From contig JAYGDX010000110.1 of NCBI GenBank assembly GCA_046582655.1, forward strand, positions 18,390 through 82,389: DNA of 64,000 nucleotides, given 5' to 3'. Source of the stretch: Candidatus Poribacteria bacterium (GTDB lineage: Bacteria > Poribacteria > WGA-4E > UBA9662). The notes under the pieces are model-generated. The model was not told the origin of the DNA. It saw only the letters and a program-made list of their open reading frames with translations, and ran no database searches. Shown one piece after another: positions 10,079 to 20,531 of the stretch; the first letter of the stretch is position 1, and each line of letters opens with the position of its first letter. The position numbers and the translations under genes are program-made.

Positions 10079-10957
10079 ATGGCACTAACAATTGAAGAAA
10101 TTGGCACATATAACACGCAAGGATTTGTTCTGGTCAAAGATGTGCTGAATCCAAGCGATACAAAACCTGTAATTGATGAGTTGGAAGCTTTTATTGATGG
10201 TCAAGCTCAGGAATTATATGATCAGGATAAAATTACCGACCTACATAAGAACGCACCTTTTGATATGCGTTATGGTTTGTTACTCAAACAATGTGCAGAA
10301 ATTGGTAACGGCATGGACATTATGCATATGCGTGCTCCTGCCATGTTTGCATTTTTAGGTAATGCTATTTTTTTGGATGCAGTTGAATCACTGGTTGGCC
10401 CGGAGATTACCTGTAATCCAATCCAGCACGTGCGAGCTAAACCACCATCAGATTATGGTCATAGTAGTTGGTCACATGGGGTTCCTTGGCATCAAGACGC
10501 GGCTGTAATGATGAAGGAAGCGGAAGGATCAAATGTGATTACCTGCTGGCTACCACTCAGCAAAAGCACAATTGAACGAGGTTGCCTGCAAGTCTTGCCT
10601 AAGGTTTCTAAGATGGGTTACTTACGGCACCAGAAAGAAGGTGGTACTATGATCGTGCCCGACTTAATGCCTGAGTTTGATCCAGTCTTTTTGGAGTGTG
10701 ATCGTGGCGACGTCGTATTTATTAGCCGGTTCACACCACACTGTTCTGTTCCAAACCAGTCCGATTACTGCCGTTGGTCACTTGACTTGCGCTATCAACC
10801 AACAGATCAGCATACAGGACGAACATCAAACCCTGACTTCATCGTCCGCAGTCAAAGTAATCCGGATAGTGTATTGACCGATTACAATGAATGGTGTCAC
10901 CTTTGGGTTGATGCGTTTGAAAATCCGAGAGGTCATGCAGTACATCGGACAGATTAA
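10079..10957 (+). CDS. PhyH-family Fe(II)/2OG dioxygenase
   Basis: PWHQD, CWLPL, GCLQVLP, TPHCS, RWSLDLRY; GAGGT RBS. Confidence 0.93.
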   Translation: MALTIEEIGTYNTQGFVLVKDVLNPSDTKPVIDELEAFIDGQAQELYDQDKITDLHKNAPFDMRYGLLLKQCAEIGNGMDIMHMRAPAMFAFLGNAIFLDAVESLVGPEITCNPIQHVRAKPPSDYGHSSWSHGVPWHQDAAVMMKEAEGSNVITCWLPLSKSTIERGCLQVLPKVSKMGYLRHQKEGGTMIVPDLMPEFDPVFLECDRGDVVFISRFTPHCSVPNQSDYCRWSLDLRYQPTDQHTGRTSNPDFIVRSQSNPDSVLTDYNEWCHLWVDAFENPRGHAVHRTD

Positions 10958-11611
10958 GATAACCACATTTTGGGATACTACCCTGTTACACCATCCCTAA
11001 TTTAATTCCATCAAACAACTCAAAAAAATTGGTAGATACTTTTGCCAGTATATCCACCTGCCGGCATTAATTATCACAAGGGCCTAATCTTTTCTTTGCA
11101 ACAGTGGATGCTTGATTCACAAGCCAAAAGATGAATGATAAACAGTGCGCAAGTTGACTAACTGCCTAACCCAGTGAAAAGGACTTAGCGCTTCATCTTT
11201 CTGCAGACTAGACCGTTTTTACAATGACAAGGAACTGTCAAAGATCCGAATGTGGGCCATGACAATTCTCAACTGCACCTACTACTGGTTGGTGGTTGCC
11301 AGCAACTAAGATCAATCGACTCCTTAGCAAGACGACCAAATCGGTCTGTTACTTCCTCTCGAGAGACAATAGGCCAAATCGGGTATGAGAAAGAGGCAAG
11401 GCGATTGGCTCTGCTGGATCTATAAGGGCTGGATGACTGTGGTAGGAAGAGGAAGAGCTCACCATAGATCAATAAGCGTAATTCCTAAGCCTACCAGAAG
11501 CCCTTCAACAGGAACATATTAGAGGGGACAATACCAGCGTGGGGTAAAGAAGAAATCTTCCTTCCATTCATAAACTAACAGGATATTGATGAATAGGTAC
11601 CATGTTAGCCT

Positions 11612-11890
11612 TTATATAAATAAATCGTCAGCCAGGGTTATATCTCCCCACGCATTCCATGACATTATGTTTTCTAAAGGGATTTTAAACTGGTTATAAT
11701 CCCAAATGGCGAGTTTTCTGCCATCTTGGTGCCGCACGGCCCAACTTACTCGTACTTTTGACGTATCATCAGCAATGTTTGGGTTGCCTAACTGCTCTTG
11801 TATCTGATCATAGGTTGCAAGCACTTGGAATTGGAAGTAAGATCCATTTTGGATATAATATAGATGATCATTCGGTGGAGAACCTGTCAT
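11612..11890 (-). CDS. Small hypothetical protein resembling an uncharacterised phage protein family
   Basis: 92-aa ORF with pattern ATYDQI...LGNP...KVRVSW...DG...IWDY...W..WG; AGGA upstream of ATG. Confidence 0.65.
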   Translation of the reverse strand: MTGSPPNDHLYYIQNGSYFQFQVLATYDQIQEQLGNPNIADDTSKVRVSWAVRHQDGRKLAIWDYNQFKIPLENIMSWNAWGDITLADDLFI

Positions 11891-11921
11891 TTCCTGCTTC
11901 TCCCATGATTTAAAATATAAT

Positions 11922-12254
11922 GTGAATATTGAGATTACAACTAAACATACGATACAATTGAAAAAACAGTTTCAAGGAGAAGTGATTTTTTTGGGATTTG
12001 AAAAAATTAGGTTGCAGTTCTACACCAAATCAGGTTGTTCACTATGCGAAGTTGCCAAAGCAGATTTAAAAAAATTGCATCTAAACTTAATAATAGAAAT
12101 TGAGGAAATAGATATTACATCAGATACTAAATTCTTTGAGAAATATAAGTACCTAATTCCGGTTGGTGAGTTAGATGGTATACGTCTTTTTACTCATCGT
12201 ATCAACACTAAAGCTTTGATACGTCGACTTAAAAAAATGGGAAGGTTGCATTGA
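11922..12254 (+). CDS. Glutaredoxin-like protein (DUF836 type); true start probably near 11983-11991
   Basis: FYTKSGCSLC (CxxC), EIDI, YKYLIPV; AAGGAG near 11975. Confidence 0.85.
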   Translation: MNIEITTKHTIQLKKQFQGEVIFLGFEKIRLQFYTKSGCSLCEVAKADLKKLHLNLIIEIEEIDITSDTKFFEKYKYLIPVGELDGIRLFTHRINTKALIRRLKKMGRLH

Positions 12255-12306
12255 ATTGGCTATCTGGATACTTTAAAACAAGAGATCCACGATAAACTTA
12301 ACGATA

Positions 12307-12336
12307 TTGTTTCAGCATATATTTATATGGTATAAT
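12307..12336 (+). promoter_or_regulatory. Sigma70-type promoter upstream of rpmG
   Basis: TTGTTT-N18-TATAAT with an extended -10 TG. Confidence 0.5.
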
Positions 12337-12422
12337 TGTTGTTTTTATTTTCTTTAAAGCTATCTCAACGATTTTTTTGGAAACAATAAAAATAATTTCA
12401 CATTTATACAAGGAACTCGAAA

Positions 12423-12587
12423 ATGGCAAGAGCAGGGCGTGTAAAGATTAAACTCGAAAGTACTGCCGGAACTGGTTATTTCTACATTACGACAAAGCCA
12501 ACCAGATCACAGGATAAAATTGAACGGAAAAAGTACGATCCTAAAATTCGCAAACATGTTCTCTTTGTTGAAAAACGGCTAAGCTAA
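12423..12587 (+). CDS. rpmG: 50S ribosomal protein L33, zinc-free (C-minus) type; not in the ORF track
   Basis: Translated by hand: [62 protein letters not shown]. Confidence 0.96.
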   Translation: MARAGRVKIKLESTAGTGYFYITTKPTRSQDKIERKKYDPKIRKHVLFVEKRLS

Positions 12588-12602
12588 TTAATTTTTGATT
12601 CT

Positions 12603-12932
12603 ATGCAACGCCAGAATTTAAGGTCTGTAAACAATACCAAGTCTCCACTTTCGTTCAAAAATGCTATCAAGGATATCCACACCCCAAAGGGTCGGTATGT
12701 AATCTATGCTATCCTGACTATGTCAATTGTGGCACCCATACTGCAGAAAATGATTGGTCTAGTTGCTAGTGATAATATAGCTCTCTATATTACATTAGGG
12801 ATTATGGTTATAGGCTTATTTTGTGTTGCTTTTAAAATGGATAAAATTTCAGAGGTTATTAATCAACACCAACTGGACAAACTTAACCAACGTCTGAAGA
12901 ATAAGAAAGAAACTAACCATTCAGATGCCTAA
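12603..12932 (+). CDS. Hypothetical two-TM membrane protein
   Basis: Two hydrophobic helices; overlaps the purM start. Confidence 0.7.
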   Translation: MQRQNLRSVNNTKSPLSFKNAIKDIHTPKGRYVIYAILTMSIVAPILQKMIGLVASDNIALYITLGIMVIGLFCVAFKMDKISEVINQHQLDKLNQRLKNKKETNHSDA

Positions 12933-13956
12933 AGCAGAGCTGACTTACGCTAGTGCTGGTGTTTCATTCGATGCTAATGAAGCTGCTATGACCAGCATCA
13001 AATCAACAATTGAATCGACCTATCGACCGGAAGTACTAAGTCATGTTGGCAGCTTTGGTGGTCTTTTTCAACTCGGTAATTACAATCAACCTGTTCTAGT
13101 TTCTAGCACTGATAGCGTTGGAACCAAACTTAAGTTAGCTTTCATGACTAGGCGTTATGACACTACAGGATTTGATCTGGTCTCGCATTGTGGCAATGAT
13201 ATTGTGGTGCAGGGAGCAGAACCACTTTTTTTTCTAGACTATATTGGTACAAGTAAGCTCGCTCCTGAAGTTACTTCCGAAATCGTAAATGGTCTAGCGA
13301 AAGGATGTCTGGAAATTGGGTGTACCTTAATTGGTGGTGAAACGGCTGAATTGCCTGGATTTTACAACGATGAAGAGTACGATCTCGTCGGAACCATTGT
13401 TGGTGTTGTTGAAAGAGACCAAGTGATTACTGGTAACCAGATTGAGACAGGGGACCTACTAATTGGTCTTTCCTCAATGGGGTTACATACGAATGGGTTT
13501 TCACTGGCCCGGAAAATCGTCTTTGAGCATTGTGGTTATGAAATTGATCAACACATTCCTGAACTCGGCACAACAATTGGCGATGAGTTACTCAAAAATC
13601 ATAAGAGTTATGTCAAGACCGTATTAGATTTGCAAAATCAGTGTAAGATTAAAGGTATCGCACATATCACAGGTGGCGGTTTGCCGGATAATCTGATTCG
13701 TATCCTTCCAAAAAATTGCCAAGCAATAATCAGGAAGGATAGTTGGCGTATACCTCCTATTTTCCCTTTCTTACAGGTAAAAGGAGATGTATGTCAGAAA
13801 GAGATGTTTCATGTATTTAATATGGGCATTGGTTTGGTGATTGTGATGTCTAGAGATGACGCAGATACTGCGATGGCATTTCTGGAAGATGTTGGAGAAA
13901 CACCATTTTTAATTGGAGAAATTGTTTCAGGTAAACATGGAATCGAAATTATCTAG
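12925..13956 (+). CDS. purM: Phosphoribosylformylglycinamidine cyclo-ligase (AIR synthetase)
   Basis: TYASAGV, GSFGGLF, TDSVGTKL, GAEPLFFLDY, GGETAELPG, GLHTNGFS, AHITGGG, FNMGIG. Confidence 0.98.
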   Translation: MPKAELTYASAGVSFDANEAAMTSIKSTIESTYRPEVLSHVGSFGGLFQLGNYNQPVLVSSTDSVGTKLKLAFMTRRYDTTGFDLVSHCGNDIVVQGAEPLFFLDYIGTSKLAPEVTSEIVNGLAKGCLEIGCTLIGGETAELPGFYNDEEYDLVGTIVGVVERDQVITGNQIETGDLLIGLSSMGLHTNGFSLARKIVFEHCGYEIDQHIPELGTTIGDELLKNHKSYVKTVLDLQNQCKIKGIAHITGGGLPDNLIRILPKNCQAIIRKDSWRIPPIFPFLQVKGDVCQKEMFHVFNMGIGLVIVMSRDDADTAMAFLEDVGETPFLIGEIVSGKHGIEII

Positions 13957-14671
13957 ACCAATTTTAGACCAAGCAGCCATAAAAGAAATTTGCGATGTCC
14001 TAGCGACAACCAATTCGCAAGTTGCATTTCAGTCAATTGCAGAAGAGGATGAAGCTGATCTTGCCATTTTCTTGCTGACTCTCCATCATACTTCGGACGA
14101 ACTTGCTAAGCATGCATCTGAAATTTTGCTTGCGCTTCCACCAGAGAAACAAGCTACTGTAGCAGAAAATGTAGTAAAAACTGAAATGGCCGACATTGAT
14201 AAGGTAAAGGCAATAACACATCGAATCATTGAGCAAATCACGGAAGCGGCAGAAAAAACAATTGCCTTTGGAGATGGAAAAACGAATCTTATAAATATGT
14301 TATCGGACATGTCACAAGAAGATCGGGGGAGTTTGCTTGAGTCACTAGAAGTAAAAAATGAGGATCTCGTAACAGAAATTAATCAAACCCTTTTTCCATT
14401 TGATGACTTGACAAAGCTTGACGATGATGCAATCGGAACAATTATAAATTACCTTGGATCTCCTACGCTTTCTGTGGCTCTTCACAATGTCCCTCCGGAA
14501 GTCCAGAATAAATTTTTCGATGCCATGGATCAAGAAGCGGCAGAAGCTGTTAAATCAAGATTTAGTGAACTAAGTTTCACCGAGAAACAAACTGCCACCA
14601 CCGCACAGAAATCGATCGTTGATCTAGTCCAAAGACTCGCCGCCAAAGGATTCATCAAGATTAATTCTTAA
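13937..14671 (+). CDS. FliG middle/C-terminal-domain-like protein with no flagellar context
   Basis: LFPFDDL (MFxF motif), LDDDAI, LSVAL..., AQKSIVDLVQRLAAKGFIKI; ATG at 13937 overlaps the purM end. Confidence 0.8.
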   Translation: MESKLSRPILDQAAIKEICDVLATTNSQVAFQSIAEEDEADLAIFLLTLHHTSDELAKHASEILLALPPEKQATVAENVVKTEMADIDKVKAITHRIIEQITEAAEKTIAFGDGKTNLINMLSDMSQEDRGSLLESLEVKNEDLVTEINQTLFPFDDLTKLDDDAIGTIINYLGSPTLSVALHNVPPEVQNKFFDAMDQEAAEAVKSRFSELSFTEKQTATTAQKSIVDLVQRLAAKGFIKINS

Positions 14672-14828
14672 CATATAAATCGTGTTTTTTGGCATTACTT
14701 TACAATACACCGGACAATTAGCTTAAGCAGTATTTCATTCTCGTCCATGGTTAATCATATCAAGCGATTCAAAAAAAGTTTTTCCCTTCAAAAAGAATGG
14801 GTACGATAGATTTACCTTCATATTTGAA

Positions 14829-16163
14829 ATGAGTTCCAAGAGACTTGCCGTCACAGTTCTTCTGATAGTTTTAGCTCATGTTAGTCCGGCTAATGAAAAC
14901 CAAGGTGTTAGCGTTTATAACGCTCAATTCACTGTTTCTTCAAAACAATTGACATACCTTTCTGAGGCCCTAATCTCTGCCATCAATAATCAGCTTTTGT
15001 CATTTCCAGAGATTAAAGTTTACGATTCTGACAGCAAAATTGAAAACACCTTTCAGGATCTTAATCAGATCCTGCAGTTGGATAAAGTTCAACTCCTACA
15101 GATTCGGCGTCAGACAGGCTTTGATGGCCTCGTTGCCGGCGGTCTGGAACTAACTGATCAAAAAATCTCTATCAAGCTGCATCTTGTTGATTTTTCATCT
15201 GGCAGGATCTATTTAAACGACCAATTTGAAGGGAAATTCGGATCAGATCTACTCGAAAGTATTGAAAAGCAAGTTAAAGCCTTTGCTAATACGTTAATTC
15301 ATTATTACGACTCCACTATCACGATCACCTCCGAACCAACTAATGCTGATGTAAACGTAAACGGTAAACAGATTGGTAAAACACCAATCAAATCGCTGGA
15401 CGTGGCAGATGGCATCCTCGAAATTAGAGTTAGCAAAGACGGCTATACTCCATACCAAAAAGAAGTAGAGGTGTTCCGAGGTCAGCGTACATATGTGCAT
15501 GGCCACATGTATGACCAAATTACAGAACATCTGCTGAACAAAAAAAGCCGGTGGAAACTCGACTCCATGAATTTTAGTATTGGCACCAGTATGCAGTGGC
15601 AAAACTGGAGTGAGATCAACGCTGAAGCAGGCAGAGTGGCAAATTTTCGCTACACATCCAAGTTTGGCCGGTGGGAACTTGGCTTGGAAGTGAGTACAGC
15701 AACGGCATCTTCCTGGCATGCAAATCAGAAATTTGAAACTTTCCTCGGCAAAGATTCATCCACTAATGAGTTCGAAATTACCTTTTCACGATTTTGCTTG
15801 GTTAGTCAATTCAATCTCGTGGAAAAACTAAATCAGTTTGATCTCTATGTGGGGTCACAGCTGGGTTATGCATCAACCCACTCTTCACAATATAACCTTG
15901 GCTGGTATTATCCAAGTGGCAATAATATTGAAAACCGACACGTTAATCCGGTAATTGGTGGTGAAATAGGGATGCGGTTCTATCTCGGATCAGCCTTGAA
16001 ACTTTCTACCTTCATTGGCGGCAATTCCGCTGGAAAAATGAGCTACAATCGAAAAACGGCAAACTACTGGGGAGAGGCGACCTACAAAACCAAATCACTT
16101 GGCTCAGACCATGTTTACTTCGGAGGAACCTTAACTTATAGTTACTGGTCTGTGAGAAAATAA
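14829..16163 (+). CDS. Secreted PEGA-domain protein with an N-terminal CsgG/TolB_N-like domain and a probable C-terminal beta-barrel
   Basis: Signal peptide; PEGA motif ITSEPTNADVNVNGKQIGKTP...SKDGY; alternating beta strands ending GGTLTYSYW. Confidence 0.8.
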   Translation: MSSKRLAVTVLLIVLAHVSPANENQGVSVYNAQFTVSSKQLTYLSEALISAINNQLLSFPEIKVYDSDSKIENTFQDLNQILQLDKVQLLQIRRQTGFDGLVAGGLELTDQKISIKLHLVDFSSGRIYLNDQFEGKFGSDLLESIEKQVKAFANTLIHYYDSTITITSEPTNADVNVNGKQIGKTPIKSLDVADGILEIRVSKDGYTPYQKEVEVFRGQRTYVHGHMYDQITEHLLNKKSRWKLDSMNFSIGTSMQWQNWSEINAEAGRVANFRYTSKFGRWELGLEVSTATASSWHANQKFETFLGKDSSTNEFEITFSRFCLVSQFNLVEKLNQFDLYVGSQLGYASTHSSQYNLGWYYPSGNNIENRHVNPVIGGEIGMRFYLGSALKLSTFIGGNSAGKMSYNRKTANYWGEATYKTKSLGSDHVYFGGTLTYSYWSVRK

Positions 16164-16176
16164 TGGAAGTAAGAAA

Positions 16177-16692
16177 ATGAGAGAGATCTATTTATTTATC
16201 AGTCTGTTTGTTTTATTAAGTTGCGGAGGTTCTGAAGAGAGCTATGAGGATGCAACAGCTATGGATGCAGAGGGTATGATTGTCCCCAGGAGCAATTATA
16301 CCCAACTGCAAAATCAGATCTTTTATGGAACCGTCCCAATTGAGTTGGAAATTACACCAAAATCAAACACACCATCGTTTGCTTGGAGAACAACTGGATC
16401 GAAATTCATGGTTTTAACTATTTTTGAAGATAAAATAGATCTACGAGGGAAGACAGTCGCCAACCCGCAAGACGTCGTTTGGACTTGGCATTCAGGCGTT
16501 GGAAAAGGTCGTGAAGGAAATGTTAGCTTCAGTGACGGAGCTGATGTGGAAAAAAGTGAAATTTCAAATCCTGCAACCGCAACCTCTTTAGAACCCAATT
16601 CAATTTACTACATTGCTATCTGGGGATATGACGATGCTTACAACTTAATGTATTCCAGCAAGGAGTACAAGTATCAGACTGCTCTTAGGTAA
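16177..16692 (+). CDS. Hypothetical lipoprotein
   Basis: Lipobox LLSC; beta-rich Fn3-like body. Confidence 0.75.
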   Translation: MREIYLFISLFVLLSCGGSEESYEDATAMDAEGMIVPRSNYTQLQNQIFYGTVPIELEITPKSNTPSFAWRTTGSKFMVLTIFEDKIDLRGKTVANPQDVVWTWHSGVGKGREGNVSFSDGADVEKSEISNPATATSLEPNSIYYIAIWGYDDAYNLMYSSKEYKYQTALR

Positions 16693-16693
16693 A

Positions 16694-18130
16694 TTACAAA
16701 CTCCTAACTTCAAATTCAATTGCCAATTGTTTGCCGGGCTGCCCACTGAACTCAATCGGATAGTCACCATCAAAACAGGCTGTACAGAAATTTTGTGGAG
16801 ATTTAACACACTTCAACATCCCTTCAATACTTAGGTAACCTAGACTGTCGGCCTCAATATATTTCTGGATCTCTTCCACTGACCATGAATTGGCAATTAA
16901 TTCTTTCCTTGTTGGAGTATCTATACCATAAAAGCAAGGATATTTATTTGGCGGTGAAGATACTCGGAAATGGACTTCCTTGGCTCCTCCCTCCTCACGA
17001 ATTAGCTTGACAATCTTCCGTGAATTCGTACCGCGCATAATAGAGTCATCGACAACAATAACCCGCTTCCCTTCCAACACATTTCTTACCGGGTTCAATT
17101 TCACCCGCACCATTAGATCCCGAATCTCCTGCGAAGGATTCATAAAAGTTCGACCAACGTACGGATTCCGGTGCAATCCAAACTCAAAAGGTATACCCAG
17201 TTCCTCAGAATACCCGATAGCGGCAATGGTAGCGGAGTCAGGAACAGGAATAACGATATCAGCATCGACCGGGCATTCTCGTGCCAGTTGTCTGCCAAAC
17301 TCGCGTCTCGGACGATTAACTAACTGGTCAAACACAATGCTGTCTGGACGAGCGAGATATATATATTCAAAAATGCATTGTGACAACTCCAATTCAGCTG
17401 AACCGATAAAAAAAGATTTTGGTTCCTCATCTATGGAAGTAATTACAACCATTTCTCCCGGTGCGACTTCACGAATCGGCTCCGCTTCAATCACATCAAA
17501 GGCACATGTTTCAGATGCCAACACATAGGCTTGATCCAAACGTCCCAGCCAAAGTGGACGAAACGCGTGTGGGTCACGAACACCTACCATAATTGATTTA
17601 CCCATAAATATCAGTGAGTAGGCACCTCGTACTTCGCGGAGCGCATCCATAATCCGATCCTCCAGAAGGACATGCCGAGACTGAGCAATGAGGTGAGCGA
17701 TAACTTCCGTATCAGAGGTAGAACTGAATATTGACCCGCTCTCCTCTAAATCACTTCGAATCCGAAATGCATTGATCAAGTTGCCATTATGCGCTATTGC
17801 CAAAGGTCCTCGCTTGTATTGTCGGACCAGAGGTTGTGCATTTTCGATCTTACTGCTTCCCGCGGTTGAGTAGCGATTATGGCCGATGGCCATTTCTCCT
17901 GACAACTTGGCTAAAATGTCAGTGTTAAAAATGTCTGCGACAAGGCCCATCGCATGATGATAAGAAAAAGATTCAGAGTCTGAAACGACAATTCCAGCAC
18001 TTTCCTGACCGCGGTGCTGAAGTGCCCGTAACCCTAAGTAGGTGAGTTCGGCTGCTTGAGGGTGCCCAAAAACGCTAAAGACACCACATTCATCTTTTGG
18101 CTTATCATCATAATCATCAAAAAGCTGCAT
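16694..18130 (-). CDS. purF: Amidophosphoribosyltransferase (propeptide-bearing, probably Fe-S type)
   Basis: ECGVF (catalytic Cys after a propeptide), LQHRGQESAG, GHNRYST, AHNGNL, VVDDSIMRG, C-terminal CTAC. Confidence 0.98.
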   Translation of the reverse strand: MQLFDDYDDKPKDECGVFSVFGHPQAAELTYLGLRALQHRGQESAGIVVSDSESFSYHHAMGLVADIFNTDILAKLSGEMAIGHNRYSTAGSSKIENAQPLVRQYKRGPLAIAHNGNLINAFRIRSDLEESGSIFSSTSDTEVIAHLIAQSRHVLLEDRIMDALREVRGAYSLIFMGKSIMVGVRDPHAFRPLWLGRLDQAYVLASETCAFDVIEAEPIREVAPGEMVVITSIDEEPKSFFIGSAELELSQCIFEYIYLARPDSIVFDQLVNRPRREFGRQLARECPVDADIVIPVPDSATIAAIGYSEELGIPFEFGLHRNPYVGRTFMNPSQEIRDLMVRVKLNPVRNVLEGKRVIVVDDSIMRGTNSRKIVKLIREEGGAKEVHFRVSSPPNKYPCFYGIDTPTRKELIANSWSVEEIQKYIEADSLGYLSIEGMLKCVKSPQNFCTACFDGDYPIEFSGQPGKQLAIEFEVRSL

Positions 18131-18204
18131 ATTATCCTGATTTCCCGCTCTTTTGATCAATAATTGCATGTCCAGAACTTGATATATGACGTTTTCTAGG
18201 TGGT

Positions 18205-18774
18205 TTACTCAACTGAGTTGCCATCTGTGATCGAATGTTGCAATTTCGTTTCTGTACTTTGGCTAAACTTATCACCAAGAATCGCCCCTATCGCCGCCGA
18301 AAGAATCAACAATAATTCTACTGGAAACCTGATTTTAAGGAAGACTTTTAGAGGAAGTGTAATGATAAAAGCAAATGGCCTAAACATATGCAGGAGGTAA
18401 GATACTATGTTTTGCCCTAACGAATCGGTGAGTGAGTCCCAAGAAATATTTAGCAGCAAAATCAAGACAACTACCGCCGGTGCACCGAGAAAAGCACCAT
18501 TAAAGGTGTCCCGCCAGTCAATCTCTTCGCCAAATCGCTTACCAATGAACCGGACGCCTTCAGTCACACCAGCAATACCACATCCATAGGTAATCGCAAA
18601 AGAAATAAATGTCAGCAACCCAACTAAGAAGCCGTGTTCAATTCGGTTTCCCACTAAGATTTTAACAACCCATTCATAGGTAACGAGATAACAAACCAGT
18701 GAAGCAATAAAACCAATGGTACTACCACATACAATCTGTCCAGTGATGTTTAGGAAGGTATCTTTTCGTGACAT
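18205..18774 (-). CDS. Hypothetical multi-pass membrane protein
   Basis: Four to five hydrophobic segments; the ORF extends to 18834 but ATG 18774 is more likely. Confidence 0.7.
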   Translation of the reverse strand: MSRKDTFLNITGQIVCGSTIGFIASLVCYLVTYEWVVKILVGNRIEHGFLVGLLTFISFAITYGCGIAGVTEGVRFIGKRFGEEIDWRDTFNGAFLGAPAVVVLILLLNISWDSLTDSLGQNIVSYLLHMFRPFAFIITLPLKVFLKIRFPVELLLILSAAIGAILGDKFSQSTETKLQHSITDGNSVE

Positions 18775-19156
18775 AGAAAATCTTGATTGCGAAAGCGTGG
18801 TGATTATATCACGGTAATCTTTAGCTGTCAACAATGATAGTTAGTCGTTGATAAATAGAGAAAATCTTTGTATATTCTATTATGACAGATAAATTGTAAA
18901 GAGCTGAGGTAGAGTTTGGAGTAAATAGCTAAATACTAACGCAGCCTCGCTTTCATTAGCCTTGGAAACGAATTTGGAAGAGCTTATCTCTACAAATAAC
19001 TATAGCATGTTTCGTAGCAAATAAAAACTAACGAGATGACAAGTTTAACGGGGATTTATTAACTACGGTGATCGTTTATCAGTTTAGACACTGTGCTAAC
19101 GGTAATAGGCAAATTGCCCTGAATTTAAAATCCCCTTTAACGCTCAGGAAACAATT

Positions 19157-20512
19157 ATGCCTAATAATCAAGCACATCCAAATATCCTGTTTATTATGGC
19201 CGATCAGTATCGTTTTGATTACCTTAACTGCGCTGGAGCGGAATTTATTAAAACCCCAAACTTAGATCGATTGGCGAAACATGGCATTCGATTCGAGAAT
19301 TGCTCAATGCTCCAGTATGTGCCCCGGCACGTATAAGCACTGGCAACAGGTTTGCAAGCACATCGGTTTGGAGGACAAAGTAACGCCATCTTGCTGCCGC
19401 TAAGTAGGCAAACCTACTATCAGCGTTTGCGTGACACAGGATACCGGATAGGATGCGTAGGAAAGTTGGATTTAGCTAAGCCATTAGGGAACAATGGTGA
19501 CGGTGCTAGACCTGCGTGCTTCTCATGGGGATTTACCCATCCTTTGGAATGCGAGGGAAAAATGCATGCGGGGCAAGGAAACGGAAAGCCTTTTGGTCCT
19601 TATACCCGCTATTTGCAACAAAAAGGGCTTTTGGAAGATTTTAGTGTAGATTATACAAAACGCCGACAGAATGGTTACGCATTGTCAGCTTGGGATTCGG
19701 TTTTACCAAGCGAAGATTTCGAAGATGTGTATATTGGCCGTCAGTCTGCTGCGTGGATTAATCAAGTATCTGATCATTATCCATGGCATCTGTTTGTTAG
19801 TTTTGTAGGCCCGCATGATCCGTTTGATCCACCGAAAAAGTATGCTGAACAGCATCGAAATGCGGAGATGCCAGAAGCCATAGTTGATGACCTGAAAGAA
19901 AAACCTCAGCATATTCACCATCGCCAAACCGATGCCAGTTCGGAACAGATTGCCGTATGTCGAAGACAGTATTGTGCAGCAATTGAATTAATTGACTATC
20001 AAATAGGAAAAATTCTTACTGCACTTAAAAACAGAGGTGTGATGGACAATACATACGTGATCTTCTCTAGTGACCATGGAGAGATGTTAGGTGATCACAG
20101 TCTATTCACCAAAGGTGTTGCCTATGACCCATCAATACGTGTACCGCTAATTGTAAGTGGCCCGGGTATTGGTTGCGGACGAATTTCCACGGCCATGATT
20201 GAATTAATCGACATTAACGCTACAATTTGCGATTTAGCGGGACTGGAGAAGCAGGAAGGTATTGACGCTTCGTTATTACGTAGTGAGAATGAAATCCACC
20301 GGGAAGAAGTATTCAGTTGTTTAAGACATTTCCGTTGTGTACGAACACCCCAGCGGAAAATGATTGAGAACGTAAATGATATCATTGAATTATACAACAT
20401 GGAAATAGATCCTCAAGAATTAGATAATCTTGCTCAACAGCAAAAAGGTACCTTGCAGGAGATGGACCATCGAATATAGGAACGATGGCTTGAAGGCAGA
20501 TGGAACAGATAA
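19157..20512 (+). pseudogene. Formylglycine-dependent sulfatase (choline-sulfatase-like), disrupted
   Basis: MPNNQAHPNILFIMADQYRFD...TPNLDRLA, then a frameshift before NAPVCAPAR (CxPxR) and a second frameshift after it. Also GPHDP and SSDHGEMLGDH. TAG at 20477 precedes an in-frame ERWLEGRWNR tail. Confidence 0.88.
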
Positions 20513-20531
20513 AGGTTTGAAAGGGCCCCAA

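Noticed and set aside
10960..11610. Long intergenic stretch, possible ncRNA or gene
   Set aside because: No convincing fold or ORF; probably decayed coding DNA that I cannot assign.
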